The notes under the pieces: generated by a model | Database searches by the model: none | What the model saw: only the letters and a program-made list of their open reading frames with translations | What the model was told of the DNA's origin: nothing | Origin: Auanema rhodensis | Taxonomy: Eukaryota > Animalia > Nematoda | Length of the DNA stretch: 64,000 nucleotides | Reading direction: 5' to 3' | Assembly: GCA_964057225.1 (NCBI GenBank) | Contig: OZ059898.1 | Span: forward strand, 13,516,001-13,580,000 | Program-made: the position numbers and the translations under genes | Shown here: in pieces, positions 25,605 through 38,839 of the stretch | How the letters are laid out: every line of letters begins with the position of its first letter | Position numbering within the stretch: the first letter of the stretch is position 1

Positions 25605-27917
25605 ATGATCTTATCATGTTTTATAAGTAAGTTACATTAAATTATTTGTGAATTTCTACTAATTAATCATTATTCTGCAAACAATAAGTAATCTTTTTAA
25701 AGTTTTTCTTCCGTTCGTACTATCGGATAGATATGTCAGTCAACTATTAGAGACGTTATTGATGGATTACAACAGAAATGTTCGTCCAGTTAAAAACTCT
25801 TCAGATCCTTTACAAGTAAAATTTGGAGCAAATTTATGCCGCTTAATCGATGTGGTAATTTGAATAAACATTCTTCAATTACTTATATAGAAACTTCAGG
25901 ATGAAGTCAATCAGGTTTTAACTACAAGTTTATGGCTGGAGATGGTACAACTCTACTTATATTAACAACCATATTACTCATATCATCTGTTACAGCAATG
26001 GAAAGATCGAAAGCTTGTATGGAATCCAACTGATTATGGTGGAATTCAAAGTATTCATATACCTTCTGATCAAATTTGGATTCCTGATATTGTCCTGTAC
26101 AATAAGTATGAAAATTGAAATGTTTCCAATTTTTTTCATCATCATTACAGTGCTGATGGAGAACCTCATATCAACCTTGTAAGCTTGGCTCGAGTAGACC
26201 ATCATGGTAATGTTCTGTGGCAGCCCCCATCTATATACAAGAGCGTATGTCATGTAAGTATCTGTAAATTACTGAATGCTTTTGAAATGCAATAAAGCTC
26301 ATTACAGATTGACATTGAGTATTTTCCCTATGATTTGCAAACTTGCGAACTTAAGTTTGGTGGCTGGTCTAATAATGGTAATACTTTGGAAATGGAACAA
26401 ATTCCAGTAAATGTGGACGATAAGCCGATCCCTAGACTAAACTCTCGAGGGCAAGAGCATTTGTTTCTTCAAAATGGGTTAGGTCTTTCTTTTTATCACA
26501 AGTAAGAGAGTATTTGAACATATTTGAAACATTTTATTATTTCAGAAGTGCTGAATGGGATCTTCTTGAAGCTACATCATCTAGATATTCAGAACTATAT
26601 CAAGGATGTTGTGGAGATGATTTATATATTGACATTAGATACAAGATAGTAATCAGACGAAAAGCTATATTCTTTACTGTCATGTTAACTATACCTTGTA
26701 TGCTGATTGGTAAGCTTTATTTTAATTTTTTCAATCTTTACTCTTTACAACTCTCTCTTAAATTCATATCACCAACAAAGTGTGTGATAGGTTCATGCGT
26801 ATACCTTAAGCTTACATCTCAAATTTCCGTTTGTTTCTATCATTATACTGTAACTGAAGTTTTTTGAATAACAATGCTAATAATCTTATTCATATCATAT
26901 TTCAGCCAATGTAACTCCATTTGTGTTCCTTATCCCACCAAATGAACACAAGATTGGTTTTTCCGTTTCCGTGTTTGTCGCATTCACTGTGTTCTACTTG
27001 GTTTTGATTGAACTGATCCCACCAACGTCTCTAGTTATTCCATTAATTGGTATTTCAAATCTTTTTTTCTTTCATTTTCCCCTTATTTTCAGGAAAATAT
27101 CTATTCTTTACTTTATTAACCGTCTCATTAGCTATTATGATTAGTGTTGTCAATATCAATATATATCGAAGGTTTACCTACTTTTCCATATCTTTCTTAT
27201 CCATTTTGCAGACAAGCTTTTGCATCGGAAATGTCTCATTGGCAACGATGTTTGTTCGTTAGAATATTACCTCGATGGCTTTTCCTCAAAGGGTTAAGTA
27301 CCGATCATACTGAAGGAAGCACTGTAGGTAGTACAAGCAGCATCAAAGAATTTCAAAGTATAAATGACGTTCAAGTATAGATGCACATGCTATAAACTAT
27401 ATCGTAGGCTGTCGATTGACTTCATCTAATACAACCAGTTCTCAACGGCCTGAGTCGCCAATCATTCCACCACAACGCTTAAGATTACTTAGTCTGGTTC
27501 AGGTATAAGACTTCATGAATGATGAAAAGACTTTGAATTATTAGATGGATGTAGCCCTGAAGCAACGTAACAAAATTGATAATCTAAGTTTATTCCGCAT
27601 GATCGCAGGTCAGATTAATATAATTGCTGCAAATTTTCATAATCAACAAATGGAAGGCAAAGTACGACAACTATTATTACATTCTTTATCATTTTCATAT
27701 TTAAAAACAAATATTTCAGATAACGGATGAATGGCGTCTTATGTCCTTAGTTGTAGATCGGCTATTTCTCGTCGTTTATTTGATAAGCAATGCTATTATG
27801 AATGTTTATTTTATTTGGAATTCACCTACACTTTTTGATAATCGTCCAGCATTAGGTCAGGAAACACCGTTCAAACCTCTCAGTGGTTCCTCAGCTTACA
27901 TTAACGATGACTTATAA
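25605..27917 (+). CDS. acr-6: Nicotinic acetylcholine receptor alpha subunit, UNC-38 group (ACR-6-like)
   Basis: [13 protein letters not shown], Cys-loop [15 protein letters not shown], loop C vicinal cysteines YQGCCG, M2/M3 region [16 protein letters not shown]4 [14 protein letters not shown]. Paralog assigned from memory. Confidence 0.8.
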
Positions 27918-30225
27918 AATATTATAAATAATAATAATCAATAATTGTTATTTATTTATTATAAAATAATATATTTATTCCTATTTTCTGTTCATTTATT
28001 TCGTTAAAACAAATCACTTCCAAATGGCCATTAATATGCTAATATAGCCAATCAAACGTCAAGATCATTTTTCTAACAAATCACATAAGAATCGGTTGCA
28101 TATTACTAAAAATATTTATAATATTCAATATGAAAGTCTGATAAACTTCAATACATCGTTTTATGTGAAATTTTTAAATTTATTCATTCTTTCAAATAAA
28201 ATGAAATATTATTGTGCAATAAAAAAATATATTTAAAGTTATTTATACAAAACATTTAAAAACAACATCATTAATATCATTACAGTTCAAAATAAAAATT
28301 CCAAGATTGTAGTATTAGTTGTAAAAAATAATTATCTTTCATTTATAATTTATGTTTGCAGTATGGGGAGAGGGGGGGGGGGGGTAAAATTCGTGTTTTT
28401 AACATTTTTCTTAACTATTCGCTTATCTATTATCATGATCATCACTGTCTGTCTCTATATGTCGAGGTCTAATATGTCATTGTTTCAGGTTTTTTATTTA
28501 ATTGTCGTCTATCGCATTTTCATCTTCTTTTTTTGGTCGATACATCGGCAAAAAATTGCTCTTGAAATCATGATTTTTTTCTCTCAAGCACATGTCTTAG
28601 TCCAAATGATTGCACTTCGAAAGCATATAGTATATGATATTGCATTTCTACTTATATAAGTTCTCATATTGCTAAATCCTACATGAGAAATATTTTTAAT
28701 TTCTTTAAGTACAAATTCAACATCATTGATCTCTATCAAACATTTTATTATGAACAAGTATTTTTTTGTAATTATTGTATCAAATACAAATATCTAATAA
28801 TAAATTTTATGAAAATAAAAATATGTATTTTTATTACTTCCTGTTAATATTAAATTATTGAAATCTGAGCTTTGTCATCCATAAAACATACGCCGAGAAC
28901 ATCCAACACTACCCGAGTTTCTAAACTTCTGAAGGCACCTTTAGATTTATATGGGAGACGTCTTTGTCTTATTTTCTTTAATTTGTTATTTCTTAAACTA
29001 CAGAATAATTATTTATAGTCTATCAAGGTCTAGGTGATACAAATTTGATTTGGAAACATTTTTTCAAAAAATCTGATAACTTCTAAAAGATTCAGCCCGA
29101 AATAGCTTAGCTAACTCATTTATCGTTAACAAGGTTAATATAATTTAATTTCTTTATTTTTCTAATACAGAACTATAATTTTTGATTGGCTGGAATGAAA
29201 AATAAATTGGCAATTAGTGAAAAAAATTAATATATTTTATTGTAGAAAATTATGTTGGATATTTGCTTATAACAATAGATTTTTAAGACATTATAATAGT
29301 GAATAGCATTAGTCTCCATCAGATATGAAAGCTTAAAATCTAAAAAAATAAGCTTTGTCTCAATTGTTGTTCTTGATAATCGTATTAACTAACTAATGAA
29401 CTCTGCTTTTGATATGTTTAAAATAATGCAATTTTAAGAACATGTATGTATGTTCATGTACTTTGTTGCTTTGGAATTTTAAAGTTCAACTTTTCCTTCA
29501 TTATTTTAATAAATTATTAGATAGCATATTCATGTCCTTTCTCTCAACATAGTATTGTTTATCGAATTTTTACAAAATTAAAATGAATCGAGAACCAAGT
29601 ATTCGTGAAGTTGTTTCCATAGTTCCAAATTTCAAATCTGAAGGAAGCATCTAAAAGTTAATGAAAAAGTTTCCGACGAACTGCGTTAACGGATTTTTTA
29701 GAGTAATTCAATTTACATTTGCATCACTTTTCGACCTTAAAACGTCTGGGAAAAATTAGCACAACTTGTACACTGATGCACCTTATCTGATGTGTTCTTA
29801 CAATTCTTCTCTATGACACAACGGCAGACTGGCAGGCTTTTGTTTATTTCAATTTCACGTGAAATTTCATTTCATTTATTTTAGTAATGCTAAAATGAAT
29901 GGTTGTTTTATTTTTCCCCATCGTCTTTCACACACCCTCTTGATCGCTCTGTCTGCCTTTCACCCCCCTCTCACCAATTTTTACCCCCCCCCCCCCCCTG
30001 TCTTACTTCATCTATGTGCATTTTGCTCTCTTGGGTCATCAAACAACTACATGTATGTATTTATCGAAATCTTTTCTACCTTCTAATCTTGTTTCAATTT
30101 TATAGCTGTTTCCATTTCAAAAATTGAACATTGGCCGTTACATTAACGATTCAGCCACATAGTTGTGTTATTTTATTGTCTTATCGTGCAACAATTGTCA
30201 CACAAAAACTTGGATATTGTTTCAG

Positions 30226-31776
30226 ATGGAATTGGAATATGTTACTTATGTAGTTTTGGGATTTTTATTAACTTCAACTAATACTTTAATCTTTACAACT
30301 ATTATGATTCATAAAGCTTTGCGCAATCACAAGGTATTATTTCAACTTTTTTTGCATTCCTTTACTCATAGTTTAAAGGAATATGCGCTCATGGGTATGC
30401 TGGTGTTTTTCAATTCCATTTTGGGTATAGGCTTTGTATCAGCTGGTTTGCACAGATTTTTCGAAGATCCTGTGATAACAAATGTTACAAGAACGACGTG
30501 CTTAACGTATACATATATACAAAAATCCGTAGTTTAATCCTGAAGAAATTCGTTTTCAGGTTACCACATGTTTATCTTTTCTCAGGAACACCTTGTACTA
30601 TTAGTTTGCTTCTTCCCTTCATAGCACTGGATCGTCTGGTCGCTGTTATGAAGCCTTTATTCTACTATTCGCTCCATGAACAATATTCATAGTTCGCAAC
30701 ATTCTGACTTATTTTGTTGAAAATAACAAATTCGTTTCAGCCTCATCGTCTTTGTTATGTCCATTCTTCATATATGCTTCTTCTTTTTTGATTTGCATCT
30801 AATTTTATCAAACCCAGGTTAGCAGTTAAACTAGAAAGGTTCAACGTCACTCATGTATTCTCAGAGCTTGTTCCATCTCATTGCGATTACCGTGAACTCT
30901 ATGAGCAATTCTACAAACGGTAACTTTTCTAATAATCCATCTTTCTAAAATCTGAACTAGAACGTAGTCATAACGTATTACTACAGGTTTGAGATATGTG
31001 TCATCGTGTTTGGCCATTTTCTAGCAGTAGTTATCTACATTGCTGTGATTTTTGCTTTTCAAAATCGAACTCGTGTGAAACTGATCAGGTACATTGTCCC
31101 TGTCTACAATTTAGTCAAATCAAGGTTTATATAATTTTAGTGATCATCGATGTCTTGAACTTGTACATAGACGAAGATCTCGTATAATTCAAACCTTCGG
31201 CCTATTCGCTGTCATGACTTTTTGCATCGTCGTCTTACCTTTTGTAATAGTTCTAACTATCGACTGCTTATTAGACTCAACTTCTCCGTATCGGAAAAAC
31301 TTAGATGATATCTATATGATCGGCACAAAGGTGCTTCCAAAAATAAATAGGAAATTCAAGTTTGGATTTCAGGTTGCTCTTCTTAACCCTACACTGAATG
31401 TTGTGATATATGCTTTAAGACATAATGAAATATATATGGGAATGAAGACTATGCTTCGTGGGCAAGCTGTATTCTACTTCTCGTAACATAACATTCAAAT
31501 TTTATCGAATTTTAGATGCCTGACAGCACTGAACAATGGAGAGTTCGAGAAGTATTCCCCTCGCTCAAAGGAAATTCATCGTTTCAGGGAACTCCAAAAC
31601 ATGTGTACTCACTTGCTCATTACCAGGTTTTTCTTATAAAAATGTTTTTGAAATTAGAAATATGACTTTAGATGCTGAAGCAATTAGCCGAAGAAAAGAC
31701 AAGGCGGCAAAGTAGAAACAGTACAGAAAAATCCGATTCATGTCGCGATTCTCAAATATCTCAAACACGAGTATAA
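30226..31776 (+). CDS. Srsx-like / rhodopsin-type 7TM GPCR, multi-exon
   Basis: TM1 with Asn, ALDRLVAVMKPLFYY (DRY-like), LLNPTLNVVIYALRHNEI. Confidence 0.75.
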
Positions 31777-32131
31777 ACCAACGATTCAATGTTTTCTATT
31801 TGATCTCAATTAAACTATAAATAACTTTTACTATTTTCTTATATTAGGCAGTTTGTCAAGAAAACTGCAGAGAAGAGCCAGTGACCGTAAGAAACTTAGG
31901 TTTATGAAATATTTGATTTATTGACAAATGAAAATAAAAATCAACAACTTTTACTGTGACACAAACGCTTACATCACAGTAAAATAACGAATCATAAAAC
32001 AATAAAACAGTAAAGTTAGTAACAACAATCATCTACGACAGTCTTTCTGAGAACTTTTGCTATATCTCAACCAGGTGTCTTACTGTTTAAATATATTTGT
32101 CAATCTAACAAGATAGCTGTCCCGTTTGGAA

Positions 32132-35100
32132 TTATGAATTTCCGAAATTAAAACTTCCGGGAACAACAGCTTCAGCATTGAATGAATAGCCACCTTGCTC
32201 CAAAACTTTCTTAGACTGCTCAGCCTTGACGTGATTTTCACAAGTCTGTAAGCATAAGTTGACTTAGACTGTGTTCGAAAAGTAATAGACACCAACCTTA
32301 TCCAATTCTACAAGCTGTTGCTTCTCATTATCTTCCAGATTATTAACCATCTGCATAAACAAGACTTGTTCGGTAGACTTGAAGTCTTAAAGTCAAAGAA
32401 AATTAAATTTAACTCTGGTTGTAACTTACGTTCCATAGAATTCTTGAAAAGGACAAACACATCTGGGCCATTTTCGTCGTCTATGATACATTGGTATTGC
32501 TCAGTGTCAGTTTCATCATCATCGTCATCATCGTAATCGGAATCATTATCATCGTCACTCTCTCCTCTTCCATCTTTAGCAAGATGATCCAAATATTCAA
32601 GAGTAAGCTCATCAATCTCATCATCATCATCAGAGAGATCGTCGTCAATCTTTCGATGATCCCCTTTATCACTGTCATCGTCGCTATCAGAATCCATGTC
32701 GGCCTTTCTGTTGTCAGCTTGAGTTTTCAATGCGCGTTGAAGTCCACTGAATAGTTTCACACAACATTGAAGAACCTTCTTGGAATCATATGAGAATATG
32801 GCTGGCCTAACAGCTTGCGGGAGATGCATAAGAGTGCACCAAGCGAAAAGAGCCATACGTCTAAACTTTACTTTTTTAGGAAAAAAAATAAGAAAACAAT
32901 CTAACCTGTTATGGAGTCCTGAGAATTTGTCACTGAGCTCAACAAGCTGTTGAGAAATAAAATCAAGAGGATTAGGATGATCAGGAGCTAATTCTTTAAG
33001 CACTTTATAAGCTAATTCAGTATTTGTGTAAAGAGCAGCAACAACAACAAGAACAAGCATATGCTTGAGCTCAGAGAGTCCATCTTCGAAAGGCTTAGTT
33101 AATCTCTCTAGTGCAATAACAATTATGGCTGGATAAGCCTAAAAGAAAGACAATTATTGAAGAAATGAAGAAAACTACACACCTCATGAATCATGCTACT
33201 GCATTGCAAAATAACAATTTCAAGCATTTTGGCGGCGTAAAGTTGATTTTCATCACCTTCATCACCATTTTCTAAAACTAATTTACACATATCAATCACA
33301 GCGTTAAGTCGTTCAGGTCTAGCAAGGAAGCTTTCAGTATCCGTTACAATGTATAGATGAATCACAGGTACCAAATCTAAAAAATAGGACGATATGAACG
33401 AACTTGGTAAAACCAGAATCTTACCAGCAAACTGAAGAAGAACACCTTTGTCTTCCTTGAACATCTGATAAATTTTATCAAAAACGCTCCACATAGGTTC
33501 GCTGACATAAACAGAAATCAGGGATTGAATGAGTAGGAGGACTTCATCATAATAATCTGAAAAAGATTGCAGTGTGTACATAAGGTTTCAAAAATTAAAA
33601 CTTACCAATGTTACCAGTTTCAAAAACATGGACAATGATTTGCAGGACATGAGCTTCGATTTGAACCATAATTTGACGGTGATCACTAACAACCTGAATG
33701 AATGAAATAGTAAGACGTATTATAAACAGAATTAACCTCGAGAATATTGGAGAGAGAACTGATAATGCTCATCAAAGCTGGAGTTCTTTCTTCAGCAAAT
33801 TCACTCTTGATCATTGAAAGGAAAAGAGTGCACTAAAATTGAAACTGGTTAAGAACTCAAAAGGCTATAACAGACCATCTGCTCGGCGACGTTGTTAGCA
33901 ATAGGAATTACTTCGTCCATAAACTCATCCATAAGTTTATCCATAACCGAAACAGTGTCCTCAATCTGTGTATGAGCACACAATTGTAAAACATTTGGAA
34001 TAATATCAGGCACGTAAGGTCGGAATAAATCAGAAACTAAAGAACGAAGTTATTTCAAACTTTTTATAAAATTCATACCGTCTTCTTGATCGTCAAGAAG
34101 AGCTTCAATAGCTAAAGCAGCTTCTACCTTGGCCGGCAATTCTTCTTCTGCAGAACATAGAACATGAACTAATAATTGAATGGCCTTCTTCAGGATCTTT
34201 TTTCCACTGAAAATAGTAGCCGAGAATTGCTTCAAGCACCATGCAGCTCTTGATCGGACGAATCGAGAATTATCAACGAGTCTATTGATAACATGAGCAT
34301 CAAGAAGCTTCTCAACATCTTTTCTGTATTTCTGAAACCCCACATAAAATTTTGCATAAAAATGATCACGAACCTTGCTCTTACACAGTTGTTCAGCTAA
34401 TTCTCCAATCATACGAAGAGCTCCATCAATCTCACGAGGATTTTGAGAAGAAGAAAGAGTCTAAAAGGCAAATTAGCACAGTTATGAAAGAATAAAACGT
34501 ACTCCTATAGCAAAAGCCAAAACTGGCTGAATGATGTCTTTTCTTCTAGCTAAAGCGGCTAACAAGCTTCCGGCTCCGAATCCCGGATTGTGAATATCTT
34601 CGAAGATATCTAAAAACTATCTTCATTATCTCTGAATAGACTATATTCAAACCATATTTGAAACGAATGTATTCCTCAACATCATCTTCCCACATTTCCT
34701 CATCATCATCGCTATGACAAAGCAGAGGGAAGAGAACAGTTGTAATAATCACCTGAAAATCGATATAAAGTACAAACGACGTTTCAAAGTGATCAAACTT
34801 GAGCATGAGGTTTAATAACTTTCCAGCTGAAGGAATGAGAAACAGCTGTGTTCAAAACGCTCAAAGCCAGGAGAGTAACTCTGTCAGTGACAAAAATACC
34901 ACTCCGACGATCATTAAGAATCTTCATCATGACCTCAGAACAAGAGACAGAGAACTTTTGAACGAAATGCTTTCCAAACTCTGCATAACCTTTCTCACTC
35001 TGGCCTGGAGCACTGTATCTGAAAATTAACAAAAGTTTAAAATACATTATGTTGAGCTATAATTACCTTTCGAAAATGCGATCCACAATCTTACCAGCCC

Positions 35101-38100
35101 ACTTCTTGCACTTCCACCAAACTGTCAAACTACGTTCTTCGAAGTCTTCAATAGTGTTGACCTAGAAAGATATGGTATGCTAATCTGGTATGAAATTAAA
35201 CGAATAATACCTCTTCTGAAACAGGACGAAGAAGTACTTCTCTACACAATTCAATCCAGGAATCCATAGATTCAATTGGCACCATTTCAAAATTAAGGTT
35301 GAACTATAACTCAATAATTCAATTCTGAACACAAAATCAAATATACCTGTATAAGAGCAAAGAAAATTTTGAGAAGAAGCTTCTGAAGAGCTACTGATTC
35401 CTCGGAAGAATTAGGAGCCAATTGAATGAACCGTTCATAGAGAATTGGAAGAAGTACTTTCATAGAATCAATCAAAGGTTGACGTTCTGAAACTCTCTTG
35501 TACCTATAAAACAAAGAAAGAAGAAAATGAGATCCGAATGAAGCTTACTCGTATATCTTGGACAACCTATAAATTAGAAGAAGAGCTCCATGAAGAGCAC
35601 CAAAATCAGGAGTTAACAATTTTGTTTGAATCTCCGATAAGAGTCCGGGCCAGTTTCCAGGGAATTCAGTACGCAGCATAAACTGTCCAGCAACACAAAG
35701 TTGGGGTCTTAACAATATATAAATGAATATGTGATATTCATTCACGAATTCTACCGTGTAAAGTCTCCAGATAAACAGATAGCTTCCAAAATATTAAGCT
35801 TCAAGAGACTCTTATCCTCGTCAGGAATGATGAATGAATTATTCTCGTTAGCAGCAATAAAGCCATTTTCTGATTGGTCCTCGTCCTTATCATTCTAAGT
35901 AAAAAAAAAGAAGTCAATAGAGCTGAAAAGGGATTCCAAACCTCCCAGTGCTTGCAAATAGTATTTTTGAAATAAATGACAGCAGCTTGTCGTACTGCAG
36001 TTGATAACGAGCCATCACAAGTGATTTTGAGGAGCTCCGGAGTGAAGCCTGGCAATTGGGCGCACTGAAAATGACAACACATTTACAAAGAACTCCAAGA
36101 AATAATTAAAAAACCCGAATCCCATATTTCAATATTTACGAATAATTTTCCGAAGTACAGAGATGCACAGATTAGCAAACCGGTCTCATATCAAAACTTT
36201 ATGAATTTTGCAGAAAACTACATAAGAGCAAAAAATAATATGCAGATAAAAAGCAAAACGAGATAGAACACCGGCACAATCAAGGGTACAGGAGATAAAG
36301 TAGGGACAACGAGAACAAAAATGCAAATTTAACTTCTATCTTATAAACAGAGAAAACAATAATAACCCGATATAATAATTAACAAGCACACATTTCCGCC
36401 TTTTCGTAATATTTGTTAGCAAGTTTTCCTTTCATAGCTTCCATGGCAACTTCAGCAGCTTCGTTGTAAAGATTATAAGCTCTTTCAAAATCCTGAGTTA
36501 AACCGCAACCTCCCTCCTGATACATTTCAGCCATGCGGGCCAGAATTTCATAGCGAGGACGATACGTTCCTTCTGAGTCATCGTCACTGAATCCTACTGC
36601 CTTTTGATACCAAGTTATAGCATTAGGGAAGCTAGGTTGAGACCCGGCGCCCATTCGCCTTCCAGTTTCAAAAGCTTCAGCAACAAACAACATGGATCCT
36701 CGATCTCCCATTTCGGCGGCCGTTTCCATAAGTTCAAACGCGAATGCTTCTCGATCATAATCTTCATTCTCATCACCATCTTGACCGTCATGACGCCAGT
36801 TTTCATCTTCTCCTATATCTTTTAGTAACTCATGAGGAGTACCATAAATCATCTGAGCAACAGTGATGATGGCTTCAAGTACACCACAGCGTCGAGCAAC
36901 ATCCAAATGATATAGGGCGGATGTGGTGTCGTACTTGATAGATCGGATACTGTCTTTTGAGTTATCACTTTCATCGGTCGGGCAGAGAGCTCTCTTCTTT
37001 TCTTCGTTATCTTCTTCAGGCAAGAAACGTCCTAACTCGTGATATCTAGCCAAATCCAAATGAATCTGCCCAAGAATCAAGGTGTGGTTAGCAATTCTAT
37101 TACATTCTTCCGATAACTGTTGAAGTTCAATAGCGGAAAGAACTCCGGCAGGAACAGATTGTTTCCGATTAACCATCCAAAAGTTTTCTCTCTCAGTCTC
37201 TCTTGTTAGACGAGAACTTCCCATGCTGCTGGTTCCGATTGAGCTTCCCATACTATCATAACGATCACGGGTCTTTCGATCTCGTTCAGTTCTTTGGACT
37301 TGAAGATTGGGAAGAGCTACTTTACGTAGAGGGCGAGGCATTTCTTCAGATACATCCTCATCATCGTTAGTAAATTTCAAAGGCTCAGAATCATCGTCTT
37401 CATCCTCCAAATCATCAACGGCTCGGAATGAGTCGAGGTGTACATCAGCTGTTGCTTCAGATAGGCAATCTTCACAAACGCAATCGTCATCGTGTACAGC
37501 TTTACTGCGATCTGTAGAGCATCTTGAGCTTCGTCTGGAGGTACCACCACTGCTTGATGAATTGCGACTCCTCATAGAGATAGTTCTTACACGAAGACAT
37601 TCCATAGCATCGTCTTGTTCCATTCCTTGCATAATAGCAGAACAAGCAGTACTGCTTGGTTGACGACTAAACATTGTAGCTTGGTTGTGGTTGATAACAT
37701 AAGTAGAGTCTTCAACAGCTTTACGTTCCGTATCAGAAAGATCAAACTCAGTTAAACAGAGTGAATGACAAATGTCATTACACTTGTGAGAATGGAAAAA
37801 CAGTGCCATTCCTCTAGTTCCAAGATTTCCATCACCGTAATCGGTTCCAAGTACAGTATGGATTTGAGGATCAGTATAAAGATCTCCTACTCCTTGAATA
37901 TCAACAACGATCATTTGATGTCCAGAGCGTTCAAAAGTGAAGTGTGAGAAGGCTTGGGGCGTCTTCCGGGCAATATCAGAAACAAAACCAGAATTGGAGT
38001 TATATTTCACGTATTTTCCTTCGATATAATGTTCCAAATGATAGAGGGGTTCTCCAGGTAGATCAATTATCTCTAATACGCACATTTGAACAATGTCGAT

Positions 38101-38839
38101 TTTTTTGGGGGGGCTGTAGCGATTGAATTCTTCTGCCCAAAGCTTAGCATCCATTTGAAGTTTGACATCTTCAAAAAGTACGTTTCTGTCCACTTCTTGT
38201 ATATACTTCTTAGCAACGTAATTTTGAGCAAAACTCCAGTCATTACTAGTGGCCAGGCTGCTTAATTTCTTTAAACGGTAACATTCTCTCATAGCACCAT
38301 GAGCAAAAGCTTCTGGATGTAGACGAACTTCAACAATGTCTTCAGTCCATGTTTTTCGAATTGCAGAATAACGAGAGCGCTTCGCACGAAGAATAGGGTA
38401 AGACTCAATGTGAAAGCTTGACCACGGATCAGTTTTCGTACGATAGGCACGATGAGCGGCTTTACGCCAACGATGCATAAGACTTTTGATTCGAATTTCT
38501 CGTATAGCAGGATCCTCCTCGACTCTGGGCAGCATGCGCACATCATCAGATAGAAGGACAGTCAAATTCCGCCAGTCAGCCCCATCACTCGTTGACGTCG
38601 AGGTGCGAGTTCGCCGAGCTGCTGCTATACCATCTAGCTCCCGATGATTGCAAAGCTGGAAGATAGTCCATGAGCAGGGGATGACTGGCGCTATTAATAT
38701 TTTGGGACAATTTTGAAATTTTTTTCTACTGAAACCCCGAATTAAAACTACTAACCTGGTCAAGAAATTGACTGGCCTCCTTTGTATCATCGGGGCGAGT
38801 AGTGGCCTCAAGAGCTCGGATAAGATTCTCCCTGTCCAT
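32132..38839 (-). CDS. Importin-7 (IPO7/Msk-like karyopherin-beta), multi-exon; first coding exon 38839-38756, second coding exon starts at 36064
   Basis: MDRENLIRALEATTRP...QFLDQ|CAQLPGFTPELLKIT...VRQAAVIYFKN is an IBN_N domain. Also WWKCKKWA, DEEMWEDDVEEYIRFK, FVRSRAAW, an acidic loop, and C-terminal GGYSF..VVPGSFNFG typical of IPO7. Confidence 0.9.
36379..38655 (-). CDS. efk-1: Eukaryotic elongation factor-2 kinase (alpha-kinase), one uninterrupted coding exon nested in an importin-7 intron
   Basis: CaM-binding LMHRWRKAA, GAMRECYR, YVAKKY, LQMDAKLWAEEFNR, YNSNSGFV, PQAFSHFTFERS, DIQGVGDLYTDPQIH, GDGNLG, HSHKCNDIC, C-terminal SEL1-like repeats and GKLANKYY. The 5' boundary is set at an in-frame TTCCAG acceptor (AG at 38657-38656). 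Confidence 0.95.
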   Translation of the reverse strand, partial: LCNHRELDGIAAARRTRTSTSTSDGADWRNLTVLLSDDVRMLPRVEEDPAIREIRIKSLMHRWRKAAHRAYRTKTDPWSSFHIESYPILRAKRSRYSAIRKTWTEDIVEVRLHPEAFAHGAMRECYRLKKLSSLATSNDWSFAQNYVAKKYIQEVDRNVLFEDVKLQMDAKLWAEEFNRYSPPKKIDIVQMCVLEIIDLPGEPLYHLEHYIEGKYVKYNSNSGFVSDIARKTPQAFSHFTFERSGHQMIVVDIQGVGDLYTDPQIHTVLGTDYGDGNLGTRGMALFFHSHKCNDICHSLCLTEFDLSDTERKAVEDSTYVINHNQATMFSRQPSSTACSAIMQGMEQDDAMECLRVRTISMRSRNSSSSGGTSRRSSRCSTDRSKAVHDDDCVCEDCLSEATADVHLDSFRAVDDLEDEDDDSEPLKFTNDDEDVSEEMPRPLRKVALPNLQVQRTERDRKTRDRYDSMGSSIGTSSMGSSRLTRETERENFWMVNRKQSVPAGVLSAIELQQLSEECNRIANHTLILGQIHLDLARYHELGRFLPEEDNEEKKRALCPTDESDNSKDSIRSIKYDTTSALYHLDVARRCGVLEAIITVAQMIYGTPHELLKDIGEDENWRHDGQDGDENEDYDREAFAFELMETAAEMGDRGSMLFVAEAFETGRRMGAGSQPSFPNAITWYQKAVGFSDDDSEGTYRPRYEILARMAEMYQEGGCGLTQDFERAYNLYNEAAEVAMEAMKGKLANKYYEKAEMCAC

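Noticed and set aside
36379-38655. Horizontal transfer as the explanation for the intronless kinase
   Set aside because: The protein closely resembles nematode EFK-1 along its whole length, so retroposition or intron loss is more parsimonious.
38656-38811. First 52 aa of the 810-aa eEF2K ORF in the track
   Set aside because: It starts at a non-ATG codon, overlaps importin-7 exon 1 in another frame, and crosses a clear intron.
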